From an uncultured delta proteobacterium (GTDB taxonomy: Bacteria > Desulfobacterota > Desulfobacteria > Desulfobacterales > JAHEIW01): a DNA stretch of 64,000 bases. The DNA is taken from NCBI GenBank assembly GCA_963706575.1, contig CAVPNL010000001.1, positions 224,001 through 288,000 on the forward strand, in the 5' to 3' direction. Shown here piece by piece: positions 55,258 through 64,000 of the stretch (positions are counted from its first letter, which is position 1; each line of letters opens with the position of its first letter). A model generated the notes under the pieces. It worked only from the letters and a program-made list of their open reading frames with translations, was not told where the DNA came from and ran no database searches. The position numbers and the translations under genes were made by a program.

Positions 55258-55730
55258 AAGAGGCCATCGAACTGCATATTAACGGTGATACCTATGAGTT
55301 GCTTGTTTCGCCAAACTATACCCTGCTGGAGGTCTTGAGAGATAAGCTGGGTTTGATGGGCACCAAACGCGGATGTGACCTGGGGGCCTGCGGGGCGTGT
55401 ACGGTGCTACTTGACGGCGAGGCCTGTCTGTCCTGTTTAATGCTTGCCGTCGATGCCAGGGGCAAGCAGATTCTGACCATTGAAGGGCTGGCGGAAGGCG
55501 GCGACCTTCACCCGCTGCAGGACGCCTTTGTGCAAAAAGGTGCGCTGCAATGCGGTTTTTGCACCCCGGGTATGATCTTAACCGCCAAAGCAATCCTCGA
55601 TGAAGAACCGCATGCCAGCGAAGATGTGATCAAGCATAAGATGGCCGGGAACCTGTGCCGCTGTACCGGATATAAAAAAGTGATTGAAGCGGTGATGAGT
55701 GTTGCAACCTCATCCGGCAAGGAGGTATAA
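55254..55730 (+). CDS. hcrC: 2x[2Fe-2S] gamma subunit, copy 2
   Basis: GCDLGACGACTVL, QCGFCTPG, NLCRCTGY. Confidence 0.85.
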   Translation: MKEAIELHINGDTYELLVSPNYTLLEVLRDKLGLMGTKRGCDLGACGACTVLLDGEACLSCLMLAVDARGKQILTIEGLAEGGDLHPLQDAFVQKGALQCGFCTPGMILTAKAILDEEPHASEDVIKHKMAGNLCRCTGYKKVIEAVMSVATSSGKEV

Positions 55731-58019
55731 ATGCGAAAAAAATTCAATGTCGTTGGCACCAGATTACCGATGATGGATGCCGCCCAGAAAGCCAAGGGAA
55801 GCGCCCTGTTTGCCGATGACCTCGTGCTTCCCGGGATGCTTTACGGAAAGATATTGCGAAGCCCGCTGCCCCACGCAAAAATATTGAATATTGACACTTC
55901 CAAAGCAGCCAGACTACCGGGTGTAAAGGGCGTTGTCACCGGCAGCGATATCCCCGATCGACTGTATGGAATTGTTCCCAAGGCCAGTGATGAGTATGCC
56001 CTGGCCAAGGGCAAGGTCCGCTATATTGGAGACGATGTCGCCGCGGTTTGCGCCGTTGACACCGAGATTGCCGAAGAGGCCCTGGAACTGATCGAGGTGG
56101 ATTATGAGGAGCTTCCGGCGGTATATGACCTTTTTGAAGCCAAAAAGGACGGCGCACCGGTCATTCATGAAGGCATAAAAAACAACACGTCCTTTGCCAT
56201 CAAGAAAGAGTTCGGTGATGTCAAAAAGGCCTTTGCCGAATCCGATGCTGTTTTTGAAGATACATTTTTCTCCCAGGCCGTAAATCATGCCCCCCTTGAG
56301 CCGCACGCCGCCCTGGCCCAATTCGACCCGCTAAATGGGGAGCTCACGCTCTGGAGCTCAACCCAGATACCGTTTTTTTTAAGACGCAATCTATCCCACA
56401 CCCTTCAGATTCCGGAAAGTAAGGTGCGGATAATCAAACCCAAGGTCGGCGGCGGGTTTGGGCAGAAGATTGACATGTTTGCCAAGGATTTCTGTGCGGC
56501 CTGGTTTGCGATGCAACTGGGAAAACCCGTAAAATTCGTCTACGACCGGGAAGAGGTTTTTATCGCCACCCGGCAAAGGCACCCCATGTATATTACCGTT
56601 AAGACCGGTTTGAAAAAGGACGGGACCATCCTGGCGCAACAATTTCAATCTTACGCCGACGGCGGGGCTTATAACAGCACCGCTCCGACGATGATGGCCC
56701 TTTCCTGCTTTTTCCTGATGATCCCCTATAAAGTTCCCAATCTGTTTTATGAGGGTTATCATGTCTATACCAACAAACCCGTGGGCGGGGCCATGCGCGG
56801 GCACGGTATTCCCCAGGCGCGCTTTGCCGTTGAACGCCAATTGGACCTGATGTGCGCACGACTCGGGCTCGATCCGGTCGAGGTTCGTATAAAAAACAGC
56901 ATCCATGCCGGGGAACCTCATTCGGCCGGATTCGTCATCAATACCTGCGGATTTTCAGAATCGGTTCAAAAGGCGGCCGACGCCATCGGATGGTCAGAAA
57001 AGCGGGGGAAGTTGCCCCTTGGCCGGGGCGTGGGATTAGCCGGCGCTTCGTTTCCCAGCGGGGTCAGCAATATGAGTCATATCAGTTCCGGTGCGGTGGT
57101 TCAGGTGGGCCGGGACGGGGCGGTCAATGTATTATCCGGCGCTGCGGATATCGGCCAGGGAGCGGAAACTGTTATCAGCCAGATCGTGGCCGAAGAGCTG
57201 GGCGTGCCCCTTGAAGACATTCGTATGACGGCAGCCGACACGGGGATTACACCGCTGGACCCGGGGACCTTCGGAAGCGGTGTGACCGTCAGGGCCGGCA
57301 ATGCCGCGCGGCTGGCCGCGGCCGCGGTCAAACAAAAACTCTTCGATTTTCTGGCAGATAAACTTGAGGCCAACGTTGCGGATTTAGTTGCCAAAGAACG
57401 CAAGATTTTTGTAAAAGGTTCTCCGGAAAAAGGAATGACCTTCCTGGAAGCCCTGAAGGCCTATCAATATGCGGATCTGCCCATGCCGATCGTGGGAAGA
57501 GGGTCATGGATGGCGCCGGCCGCTGAACCGACCACCCTGTTTAAGCAGGATGGTAATTTTTCCCCCAACTATTCTTTTATGACCCAGGCGGCTGAAGTCG
57601 AAGTGAACCTCATTACCGGCAAGGTAAAACTGCTGCGGATGGTCACCGCCCATGACTGCGGACGGCCCATTAACCCGATGCTGGTTGAGGGGCAGCTAGA
57701 GGGCTCTGTTGTCGGCGGCATGGGTCAGGCCCTGTATGAAGATGTGGTCGTTCAAAAAGGGCAGGTGATGAATCCTTCATTTCTGGACTACGGCTTTCCA
57801 ACCTTTCTGGAAATGCCGGAAATTGAGGCCATCGAAGTCGAAACGGATGATCCTATCGGGCCGTATGGAGCCAAAGAGGCCGGAGAAGGTACCCAGCTGT
57901 CGCCGGCACCGGCGATTGTAAACGCTATTTATGACGCCATCGGTGTTGACTTTATGGAGCTGCCGATTACACCCGAAAAGATTCTGGATGCGCTGGAAGC
58001 GAAGAAGAAAAAAGAATAA
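55731..58019 (+). CDS. hcrA: 4-hydroxybenzoyl-CoA-reductase-like alpha subunit, copy 2
   Basis: YGIVP...EYALA..KVRY, VNH..LE, STQIP, GAMRGHG, ADIGQG, GPYGAKEAGEG all resemble HcrA/HbaC; substrate unproven. Confidence 0.8.
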   Translation: MRKKFNVVGTRLPMMDAAQKAKGSALFADDLVLPGMLYGKILRSPLPHAKILNIDTSKAARLPGVKGVVTGSDIPDRLYGIVPKASDEYALAKGKVRYIGDDVAAVCAVDTEIAEEALELIEVDYEELPAVYDLFEAKKDGAPVIHEGIKNNTSFAIKKEFGDVKKAFAESDAVFEDTFFSQAVNHAPLEPHAALAQFDPLNGELTLWSSTQIPFFLRRNLSHTLQIPESKVRIIKPKVGGGFGQKIDMFAKDFCAAWFAMQLGKPVKFVYDREEVFIATRQRHPMYITVKTGLKKDGTILAQQFQSYADGGAYNSTAPTMMALSCFFLMIPYKVPNLFYEGYHVYTNKPVGGAMRGHGIPQARFAVERQLDLMCARLGLDPVEVRIKNSIHAGEPHSAGFVINTCGFSESVQKAADAIGWSEKRGKLPLGRGVGLAGASFPSGVSNMSHISSGAVVQVGRDGAVNVLSGAADIGQGAETVISQIVAEELGVPLEDIRMTAADTGITPLDPGTFGSGVTVRAGNAARLAAAAVKQKLFDFLADKLEANVADLVAKERKIFVKGSPEKGMTFLEALKAYQYADLPMPIVGRGSWMAPAAEPTTLFKQDGNFSPNYSFMTQAAEVEVNLITGKVKLLRMVTAHDCGRPINPMLVEGQLEGSVVGGMGQALYEDVVVQKGQVMNPSFLDYGFPTFLEMPEIEAIEVETDDPIGPYGAKEAGEGTQLSPAPAIVNAIYDAIGVDFMELPITPEKILDALEAKKKKE

Positions 58020-58047
58020 TTGGAAAGAACTTCAGGCTTAAAATCCT

Positions 58048-58135
58048 CACGCAAAGACGCTAAAAAACACGCGCGCAAAGATATTAAGATATATATAATA
58101 AATTTTTTTCTTTGCGAGCTTTGCGGCTTTGCGTG
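58048..58135. repeat. Inverted arrays of CGCAAAG / CTTTGCG units between convergent genes
   Basis: cacgcaaag..cgcaaag on the left; ctttgcg x3 ending ctttgcgtg on the right; AT-rich spacer. Confidence 0.8.
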
Positions 58136-58165
58136 CGAAATAAAAAGGATCAATAGACTCTTTAG

Positions 58166-59341
58166 CTAGATCATCACTTTTTTGAGCGTCTGACTGATCG
58201 ACCGCAGATCCTTGAAGTTTCCCATTGGCAGAAAGTAGTCCACGTAGGGCAGGGCAGCGCTCATCCCCCGGCAGATCGGCTCGTAATCCCGCGTTCCCAT
58301 CAGCGGATTTAACCATATTATTTTATAGGTTTTGCGTTTCAGGAAAGCCATCTGGTTATCGAGCAAATCGATTTCGCCTCTGTCCCAGCCGTCACTGAAA
58401 ATTATAACAATATCTTTGTGGGAAAGCTGCCTTGCCCCGAAGGTTTCATTGAACAGCTTAAGGCAATGGCCGATGCGTGTCCCGCCGCCCCAGTCAGAAA
58501 TAGCTCCCGGAATTTGCGTAACGGCAGACGTAAAATCACCCGTCTCGAATTGATGGGTTACTCTGGAAAGATCGGTTGAAAACAAGAAGATTTCGGTCTG
58601 TCGGTCAATTCGTTTAAGGGCATGGATGAACTGCAGGATCATCAGGGTATAAATATCCATTGAACCGCTGACATCGCAAAAAAAGATAACCCGGCGTTTT
58701 TTTATTTTTTTCTTTCTAAAATCAAGCAGGATCAGTTCCCCGCCGAATTGCATGTTTTTTCTCAGTATTTTTCGCAGACTGACTTCTTTTCCCCGTATGG
58801 TATATTGAAACCGTCGACTGATCCGGTTGGCCAGCGGTTGCAGTAATCTGTTGATTGTTTCGTAGACGTCTCTGTCGCCGTCAAAACTGATTTCCTGCAA
58901 TTGATCTGATTGCGAAAGGGCTTGCGGGCTGTAGCGCAGCGCCCATTGTTTGCTGGCATTTGGTTCAGCATCCCCGCCGGTCTGAAGATAGCTCATTTTT
59001 TCTTTAACGGCGCTGAGGATGTCCTCTTCGGTTTCGCTTTCCCCGACGCCTTCAGCCGGAACCTGAAGTGTGGCCCGTTCCTTGGGCAACCAGAAATCAT
59101 AAAATAAGTGATCGAACTTGGGGAGATTTTCCTTACAGCTGATAAAATTGCTGCGAAGCAAACAGTGAAATGTCTGAAGGTTGGAAATGTCAATCAACGG
59201 CAAGCCCGCAAGTGTGTCTAATACAGCCGGCAGGGAAACCGAAATATCGTTATCTCGCAACAGATGCGAAAATCGAACGATATTTTCGATCAATCCTTCT
59301 TCTGAGCGGTACGACGAATTGTCGGTCTTTTCATTCGGCAT
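58166..59341 (-). CDS. coxE: CoxE-like VWA-domain protein
   Basis: CDVSGSM MIDAS motif, FLFST.L, WGGGTRIG, SDGWDRG, IIWLNPL. Confidence 0.85.
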   Translation of the reverse strand: MPNEKTDNSSYRSEEGLIENIVRFSHLLRDNDISVSLPAVLDTLAGLPLIDISNLQTFHCLLRSNFISCKENLPKFDHLFYDFWLPKERATLQVPAEGVGESETEEDILSAVKEKMSYLQTGGDAEPNASKQWALRYSPQALSQSDQLQEISFDGDRDVYETINRLLQPLANRISRRFQYTIRGKEVSLRKILRKNMQFGGELILLDFRKKKIKKRRVIFFCDVSGSMDIYTLMILQFIHALKRIDRQTEIFLFSTDLSRVTHQFETGDFTSAVTQIPGAISDWGGGTRIGHCLKLFNETFGARQLSHKDIVIIFSDGWDRGEIDLLDNQMAFLKRKTYKIIWLNPLMGTRDYEPICRGMSAALPYVDYFLPMGNFKDLRSISQTLKKVMI

Positions 59342-59349
59342 TTTTATGT

Positions 59350-59486
59350 GATTTAAATTGAGCGATTGTCGAGGTTGCCGCAGCTACAAGGAAGATGTCG
59401 TTCCGCTATAGTTGACTATGTGGGACGGCATCTGACGCGGTAGATGTGGTGAGATCGGCAATCCCGGAGGGTTTCAAATTTAAAAA
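59350..59486 (-). repeat. Dispersed hairpin-forming element, family A, copy 2
   Basis: Reverse complement of 3201-3340; lies between coxD and coxE. Confidence 0.9.
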
Positions 59487-59547
59487 ATTAAAAATGACAG
59501 AATTCCTCACGAATAAAAACATTTTCATTTTTTTAAATTTGGAACGC

Positions 59548-60471
59548 TCATTTTAAGTCGGAGTATGAAGTTAATAGATGGGTGCGTTTTTCCGGATTTG
59601 GCCAGATATTGGATTTGAAATTTTGAATATCTTCGCGGTACTTGAAAATGCATCCCAACGTCTGTTCGACCGTTTCTTCATCCAGGACGTTGCGGTGAAG
59701 TTTAAGAAGGGCTTCGGCCCAGTCAAGGGTTTCGGACACACCCGGTCTTTTCATCAGGTCTTCCTTGCGGATATTTTGCATGAAAATCGCAATTTGATGG
59801 ATAAGCGACTCTTCCAGTTTCGGTACCCGCGCGTGGATGATTTTCATTTCCTTGTCCAGGTCCGGATAATCGATCCAGTGATAAAAACAGCGCCGTTTGA
59901 GGGCGTCGTGGATGTCTCGGGTTCGATTGGATGTAATCACGACCATGGGTTTCTGGGTGGCTTTCAAAGTGCCGATTTCCGGGATCGATACCTGAAAATC
60001 GGACAGGATTTCCAGTAGAAATGCTTCAAATTCCTCATCGGCACGATCCAATTCATCGATCAACAGTACCGGTGTGTTGCCCTGAGAAGTCTGGATGGCC
60101 TCCAGCAACGGTCTTTTGATCAAATAGGGCTCACTGTAAATTACCTGGCCCATTTCTTCGGGTGACAGGCCGCATTGCTCGTCCATTTTGATACGCAGCA
60201 GTTGTTTGGGATAATTCCATTCATACAGGGCCGAATTGGCATCCAGGCCTTCGTAACATTGAAGCCGGATAAGTTCAGTGGAGAGAATGTCCGCCAGGAC
60301 CAGGGCGACCTCGGTTTTTCCGACGCCGGGTTCTCCTTCTAGAAATATGGGTTTGCTGAGTTGGTATGAGAGATAAAGCACGGTCGCCAAAGATTGATCC
60401 GATATGTATCGATGCCGGGTCAGTTGTTCACGGATAACATCAATGGAAGAAAAGCTGTTTTTTGCGCTCAT
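59548..60471 (-). CDS. coxD: CoxD-like MoxR AAA+ ATPase
   Basis: LEGEPGVGKT, RLQCYEGLD..ALYEWNY.KQLL, LLIDELDRADEEFEAFLLE, HDALKRRC, PGVSETLDW. Confidence 0.9.
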   Translation of the reverse strand: MSAKNSFSSIDVIREQLTRHRYISDQSLATVLYLSYQLSKPIFLEGEPGVGKTEVALVLADILSTELIRLQCYEGLDANSALYEWNYPKQLLRIKMDEQCGLSPEEMGQVIYSEPYLIKRPLLEAIQTSQGNTPVLLIDELDRADEEFEAFLLEILSDFQVSIPEIGTLKATQKPMVVITSNRTRDIHDALKRRCFYHWIDYPDLDKEMKIIHARVPKLEESLIHQIAIFMQNIRKEDLMKRPGVSETLDWAEALLKLHRNVLDEETVEQTLGCIFKYREDIQNFKSNIWPNPEKRTHLLTSYSDLK

Positions 60472-60628
60472 AAAAGTACCTTTTTATTTTGAGCATGCTT
60501 ATGCTCTAAGCGATCCTCTTTTGCGGCGAAACCCTAATTCTATTATTATGCAGTTTTTGGTTAGGTCAAGGGAATTCAACCATAGGTTAACCGTCGCCGG
60601 AGGTGAAAGCTGGAGTCGTGTACTAAAA

Positions 60629-60719
60629 AGGTTTCGGGTGTCAGCAAACAGATGACTGAGGGCAGGAGACAGTCTGCCCTTGTCTTCTATCCTCTGTATC
60701 TTCCTGACACCTGACACCT
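60629..60719. repeat. GGTGTCAG / CTGACACC inverted arms with central hairpin, possible terminator after icmF
   Basis: aggtttcgggtgtcag ... AGGGCAG-N8-CTGCCCT ... cctgacacctgacacct. Confidence 0.65.
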
Positions 60720-60726
60720 ACTTATC

Positions 60727-63700
60727 TTACATGCCGCGTCGGTATTGCCCCCCGACATCATAAAGCGCCTGGGTAATTTGCCCCAGGCTGCATACCCGCA
60801 CGGTATTCATCAGTTCCGCAAAAATATTTTCGCCCGAGAGGGCAACTTTTTGCAAGCGTTCCAGCGCTGCCGGCGCTTCCTTTTCGTGGCGTTTTTGAAA
60901 ATCTGCTAGACGCGTCAGCTGAGATTGTTTTTCCTCTTCGGTTGCCCGGGAAAGTTCGATGCTCTCATTGAGTTGATCCGGGGCGGCATCGGGATCCCGA
61001 AACGTGTTCACGCCGATGATGGGGAGTTTGCCGCTATGTTTTAGTGTCTCAGAATAAATCGATTCCTCTTGAATTTTACTGCGTTGGTAGCCTGTTTCCA
61101 TGGCGCCCAGGACCCCGCCGCGTTTGGTGATTTGATCGAATTCATATAAGACCGCTTCTTCTACAAGACGGGTCAATTCTTCGTAGATAAAGCTTCCCTG
61201 GTTCATATTTTCATTTTTGGCCAATCCCCATTCACGGTTTATAATGAGCTGGATAGCGAGGGCACGCCTGACGGATTCGGCACTGGGTGTGGTGATGGCT
61301 TCATCAAAGGCGTTGGTATGGAGACTGTTGCAATTGTCATATATGGCACAAAGCGCTTGCAGCGCTGTACGGGTATCATTGAATTGGATGTCCTGGCTGT
61401 GTAACGATCGCCCGGATGTCTGGCAGTGATATTTCAGCATCTGGGAGCGAACGGATCCGCCGTAAAGTTCGCGCATGGCGACCGCCCAGATTCGGCGCGC
61501 CACTCTCCCGATAACCGTATATTCAGGATCCATCCCGTTGGAGAAGAAGAAAGATAAATTCGGCGCAAAGCTTTCAAGGGGCATGCCGCGGGACAGGTAA
61601 TATTCTACATACGTAAAGCCGTTGGACAGCGTGAGCGCCAGCTGAGTAATCGGATTGGCGCCGGCTTCGGCGATATGATACCCTGAGATAGAGACGCTGT
61701 AATAATTGCGGACGTTGTTATCAATAAAATATTGCTGGATGTCCCCCATCACCCTCAGCGCGAATTCGATCGAAAAAATGCAGGTATTTTGTCCCTGATC
61801 CTCCTTAAGAATATCTGCCTGCACGGTACCGCGCACATTGGAAAGCACATCCGCTTTAATATTTCCATATTGCTCCTTGGAAGGCGCTTTACCGTTTTTG
61901 GCTTTGAACTTGTCTACCTCCTGGTCAATAGCGGCATTAAAAAACATCGCCAGCATCATGGGCCCCGGGCCATTGATGGTCATGGAAACGGATGTGCTGG
62001 CTGCGCACAGATCGAAACCGTCATACACGACTTTGACATCATCAAGGGTGCAGATGCTGACGCCTGAGGTGCCGATTTTCCCATATATATCCGGTCGTAT
62101 GTCCGGGTCACAACCATATAAGGTGACGGAATCATAAGCGGTTGAAAGCCGTTTGGCTTCATAATCTGCCGACAGCATTTTGAAGCGCCGATTGGTGCGG
62201 GCGGGGTCTCCCTCGCCGGCAAACATGCGGGTCGGCTCTTCATCCGCCCGTTTTAACGGGAACACGCCCGCCGTGAATGGAAATCTACCGGAGACATTTT
62301 CTTCCCGCATCCAGCGGTATATCTCCGCCGGATCTTCAAAGCGGGGCAGGGCAATTTTGGGAATCCGTATATGCGATAATGACTGCGTATACAAGGGAAC
62401 CCTGATGTCTCGATCCCGAACCTGATACACCAGTTCATCTTTACTGTAGGCATCTCTGATTTTTTCCCATTCCGCTGTGGAGTCTAAGGTCTCTTTTTTC
62501 AGCGTCGCTTCGGCTTTTTCAATTTCGTCTTTGAGCATTGAAACCAGCTTCAAAGAATCTTCTGTTTCATCATTTGCACCGGCTGATGCGTATGTTTCCT
62601 TTAAGTGCCAGACTTTTCTGAGATTTTGAGCCTGTTCGCGTGTTTGCCGGTGGTATTTTCTGATCGAATCAGCGATTTCAGAAAGGTAGCGGGTACGTGA
62701 CTGTGGAATGATGATCGTCTTGGATGAGGAGGTCCGGGTTTGAGGTCGGGGTAAGCTGGCCTTGAATTCAACACCTGTTTTTTCAGCAATTTTATCAATA
62801 ACTGCATGATAAAAGGAAGTGACCCCGTCATCATTAAATTTGGCAGCGATGGTTCCAAATACCGGCATTTCTTCAGGATCCATATCCCATAATTTTTGAT
62901 TGCGTTGGACTTGCTTGCGAACATCACGCACCGCATCATCTGCGCCGCGCTTTTCAAATTTGTTGATTACCACCAGGTCTGCAAAGTCGAGCATATCAAT
63001 TTTTTCGAGCTGAGTGGCGGCTCCAAATTCGCTGGTCATGACATAGATGGATAAGTCGACCAGATCGGCAATACTGGAATCTCCCTGCCCAATACCGGCG
63101 GTTTCAGCAATGATCAGGTCATAGCCGGCTGCCTGTGTCACCTCGATGGCATCCGGCAGCACCTCCGGCAATTCGGTTTGCGAGCGTCGTGTCGCCAGAG
63201 AACGAAAGTAAACCCGCGCATTACTGATGGCGTTCATCCGGATGCGATCGCCTAAAAGCGCCCCGCCGGTTTTTCGCCGGGATGGGTCACAGCTGATGAT
63301 GGCAATATGGACATCTTTAAGATCATGCAGCATCCGTAATATCAGTTCATCGGTCAAGGAGGATTTGCCGGCACCGCCTGTTCCCGTAATGCCGATCACC
63401 GGGGCTTTGCGTTTTTCGAGTTTCTGTGACAGCTGGGCCCTGATGGCCTTAAAGTTCCCGTTTCCCCGGGTTTTGGCTTGCTCTGCGGCGCTGATCAGAT
63501 TGGCCACCAGCAGCGGGTTGGCGGGGTTCAGGTCGTTTAAATCAAAATTGTTATTTTGGACGGTCGAAAAATCGATGGCCGCAACCATGTGGTTAATCAT
63601 TCCCTGGAGCCCCATGCGGGCACCATCTTCCGGTGTATAAATCTTGGCGACGCCGTATGACTCCAGTTCTTTGACCTCCTCCGGTACAATCACGCCGCCG

Positions 63701-64000
63701 CCACCGCCAAAAACCTTGATATGCGAGGCTTCCTTTTCTTTTAGAAGATCAATCATATATTTGAAAAATTCCACATGGCCGCCCTGATAGCTCGATACGG
63801 CCACGCCCTGGACATCTTCCTCAATGGCAGCCTCCACGATTTCCTGAACCGATCGATTGTGTCCGAGATGAATCACTTCTACACCGGTGTCCTGCAGAAT
63901 CCGGCGCATAATATTGATGGCGGCATCATGGCCGTCGAATAGAGAGGTTGCTGTGACAACCCGTACATCGTTCTTGGGTTTGTATACCTCAACTTCCGTT
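60727..64000 (-). CDS. icmF: Fused isobutyryl-CoA mutase / GTPase IcmF (5' end beyond window)
   Basis: B12 domain ([15 protein letters not shown] upstream of the called Met), [10 protein letters not shown]-domain, mutase barrel with PTRMFAGEG (specificity Phe), C-terminal GGQYRRGM. Confidence 0.95.
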   Translation of the reverse strand, partial: TEVEVYKPKNDVRVVTATSLFDGHDAAINIMRRILQDTGVEVIHLGHNRSVQEIVEAAIEEDVQGVAVSSYQGGHVEFFKYMIDLLKEKEASHIKVFGGGGGVIVPEEVKELESYGVAKIYTPEDGARMGLQGMINHMVAAIDFSTVQNNNFDLNDLNPANPLLVANLISAAEQAKTRGNGNFKAIRAQLSQKLEKRKAPVIGITGTGGAGKSSLTDELILRMLHDLKDVHIAIISCDPSRRKTGGALLGDRIRMNAISNARVYFRSLATRRSQTELPEVLPDAIEVTQAAGYDLIIAETAGIGQGDSSIADLVDLSIYVMTSEFGAATQLEKIDMLDFADLVVINKFEKRGADDAVRDVRKQVQRNQKLWDMDPEEMPVFGTIAAKFNDDGVTSFYHAVIDKIAEKTGVEFKASLPRPQTRTSSSKTIIIPQSRTRYLSEIADSIRKYHRQTREQAQNLRKVWHLKETYASAGANDETEDSLKLVSMLKDEIEKAEATLKKETLDSTAEWEKIRDAYSKDELVYQVRDRDIRVPLYTQSLSHIRIPKIALPRFEDPAEIYRWMREENVSGRFPFTAGVFPLKRADEEPTRMFAGEGDPARTNRRFKMLSADYEAKRLSTAYDSVTLYGCDPDIRPDIYGKIGTSGVSICTLDDVKVVYDGFDLCAASTSVSMTINGPGPMMLAMFFNAAIDQEVDKFKAKNGKAPSKEQYGNIKADVLSNVRGTVQADILKEDQGQNTCIFSIEFALRVMGDIQQYFIDNNVRNYYSVSISGYHIAEAGANPITQLALTLSNGFTYVEYYLSRGMPLESFAPNLSFFFSNGMDPEYTVIGRVARRIWAVAMRELYGGSVRSQMLKYHCQTSGRSLHSQDIQFNDTRTALQALCAIYDNCNSLHTNAFDEAITTPSAESVRRALAIQLIINREWGLAKNENMNQGSFIYEELTRLVEEAVLYEFDQITKRGGVLGAMETGYQRSKIQEESIYSETLKHSGKLPIIGVNTFRDPDAAPDQLNESIELSRATEEEKQSQLTRLADFQKRHEKEAPAALERLQKVALSGENIFAELMNTVRVCSLGQITQALYDVGGQYRRGM

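Noticed and set aside
19833..58019. Aerobic CO dehydrogenase, suggested by coxD/coxE
   Set aside because: No large subunit has the AYxCSFR motif.
60499..60717. 72-aa ORF between icmF and coxD, and small ORFs over 58047-58316 and 8175-8489
   Set aside because: They run through intergenic repeat arrays or antisense to real genes and show no protein features.

Overview
Gene-dense 64 kb chromosomal region from an anaerobic bacterium. Protein families and intergenic repeat style suggest a Desulfobacterales-like deltaproteobacterium (inference). Most of the window is a catabolic island for CoA-activated, probably aromatic or heterocyclic, acids. It holds four intact AMP-forming CoA ligases plus one internally deleted relic, and three complete xanthine-oxidase-family Mo enzyme triads, two of them 4-hydroxybenzoyl-CoA-reductase-like. 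It also encodes CoxD/CoxE-type maturases, a stand-alone acetylene-hydratase-family Mo/W-bisPGD enzyme, a split B12-dependent acyl-CoA mutase with epimerase and carboxyltransferase partners, IcmF (cut by the window end), a non-pyrrolysine MttB methyltransferase, a Liv-type ABC importer, and LysR, GntR and IclR regulators. Best candidates for new biology: (1) the acetylene-hydratase homologue with Lys at catalytic Asp13 and His at Ile142, ending a CoA-ligase/reductase/dehydrogenase gene run that lacks a crotonase; (2) a mutase-epimerase-carboxyltransferase module with remodelled pocket residues, pointing to a bulky non-methylmalonyl substrate; (3) two diverged Hcr-like enzymes, one lacking the conserved Mo-oxo-binding Gln. 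Intergenic DNA carries two families of ~120-150 bp hairpin elements, a GTGG-type REP, many short-period repeat arrays and a three-site IclR operator. No rRNA, tRNA, CRISPR array or transposase was seen. All homology calls come from recalled motifs, not database searches.
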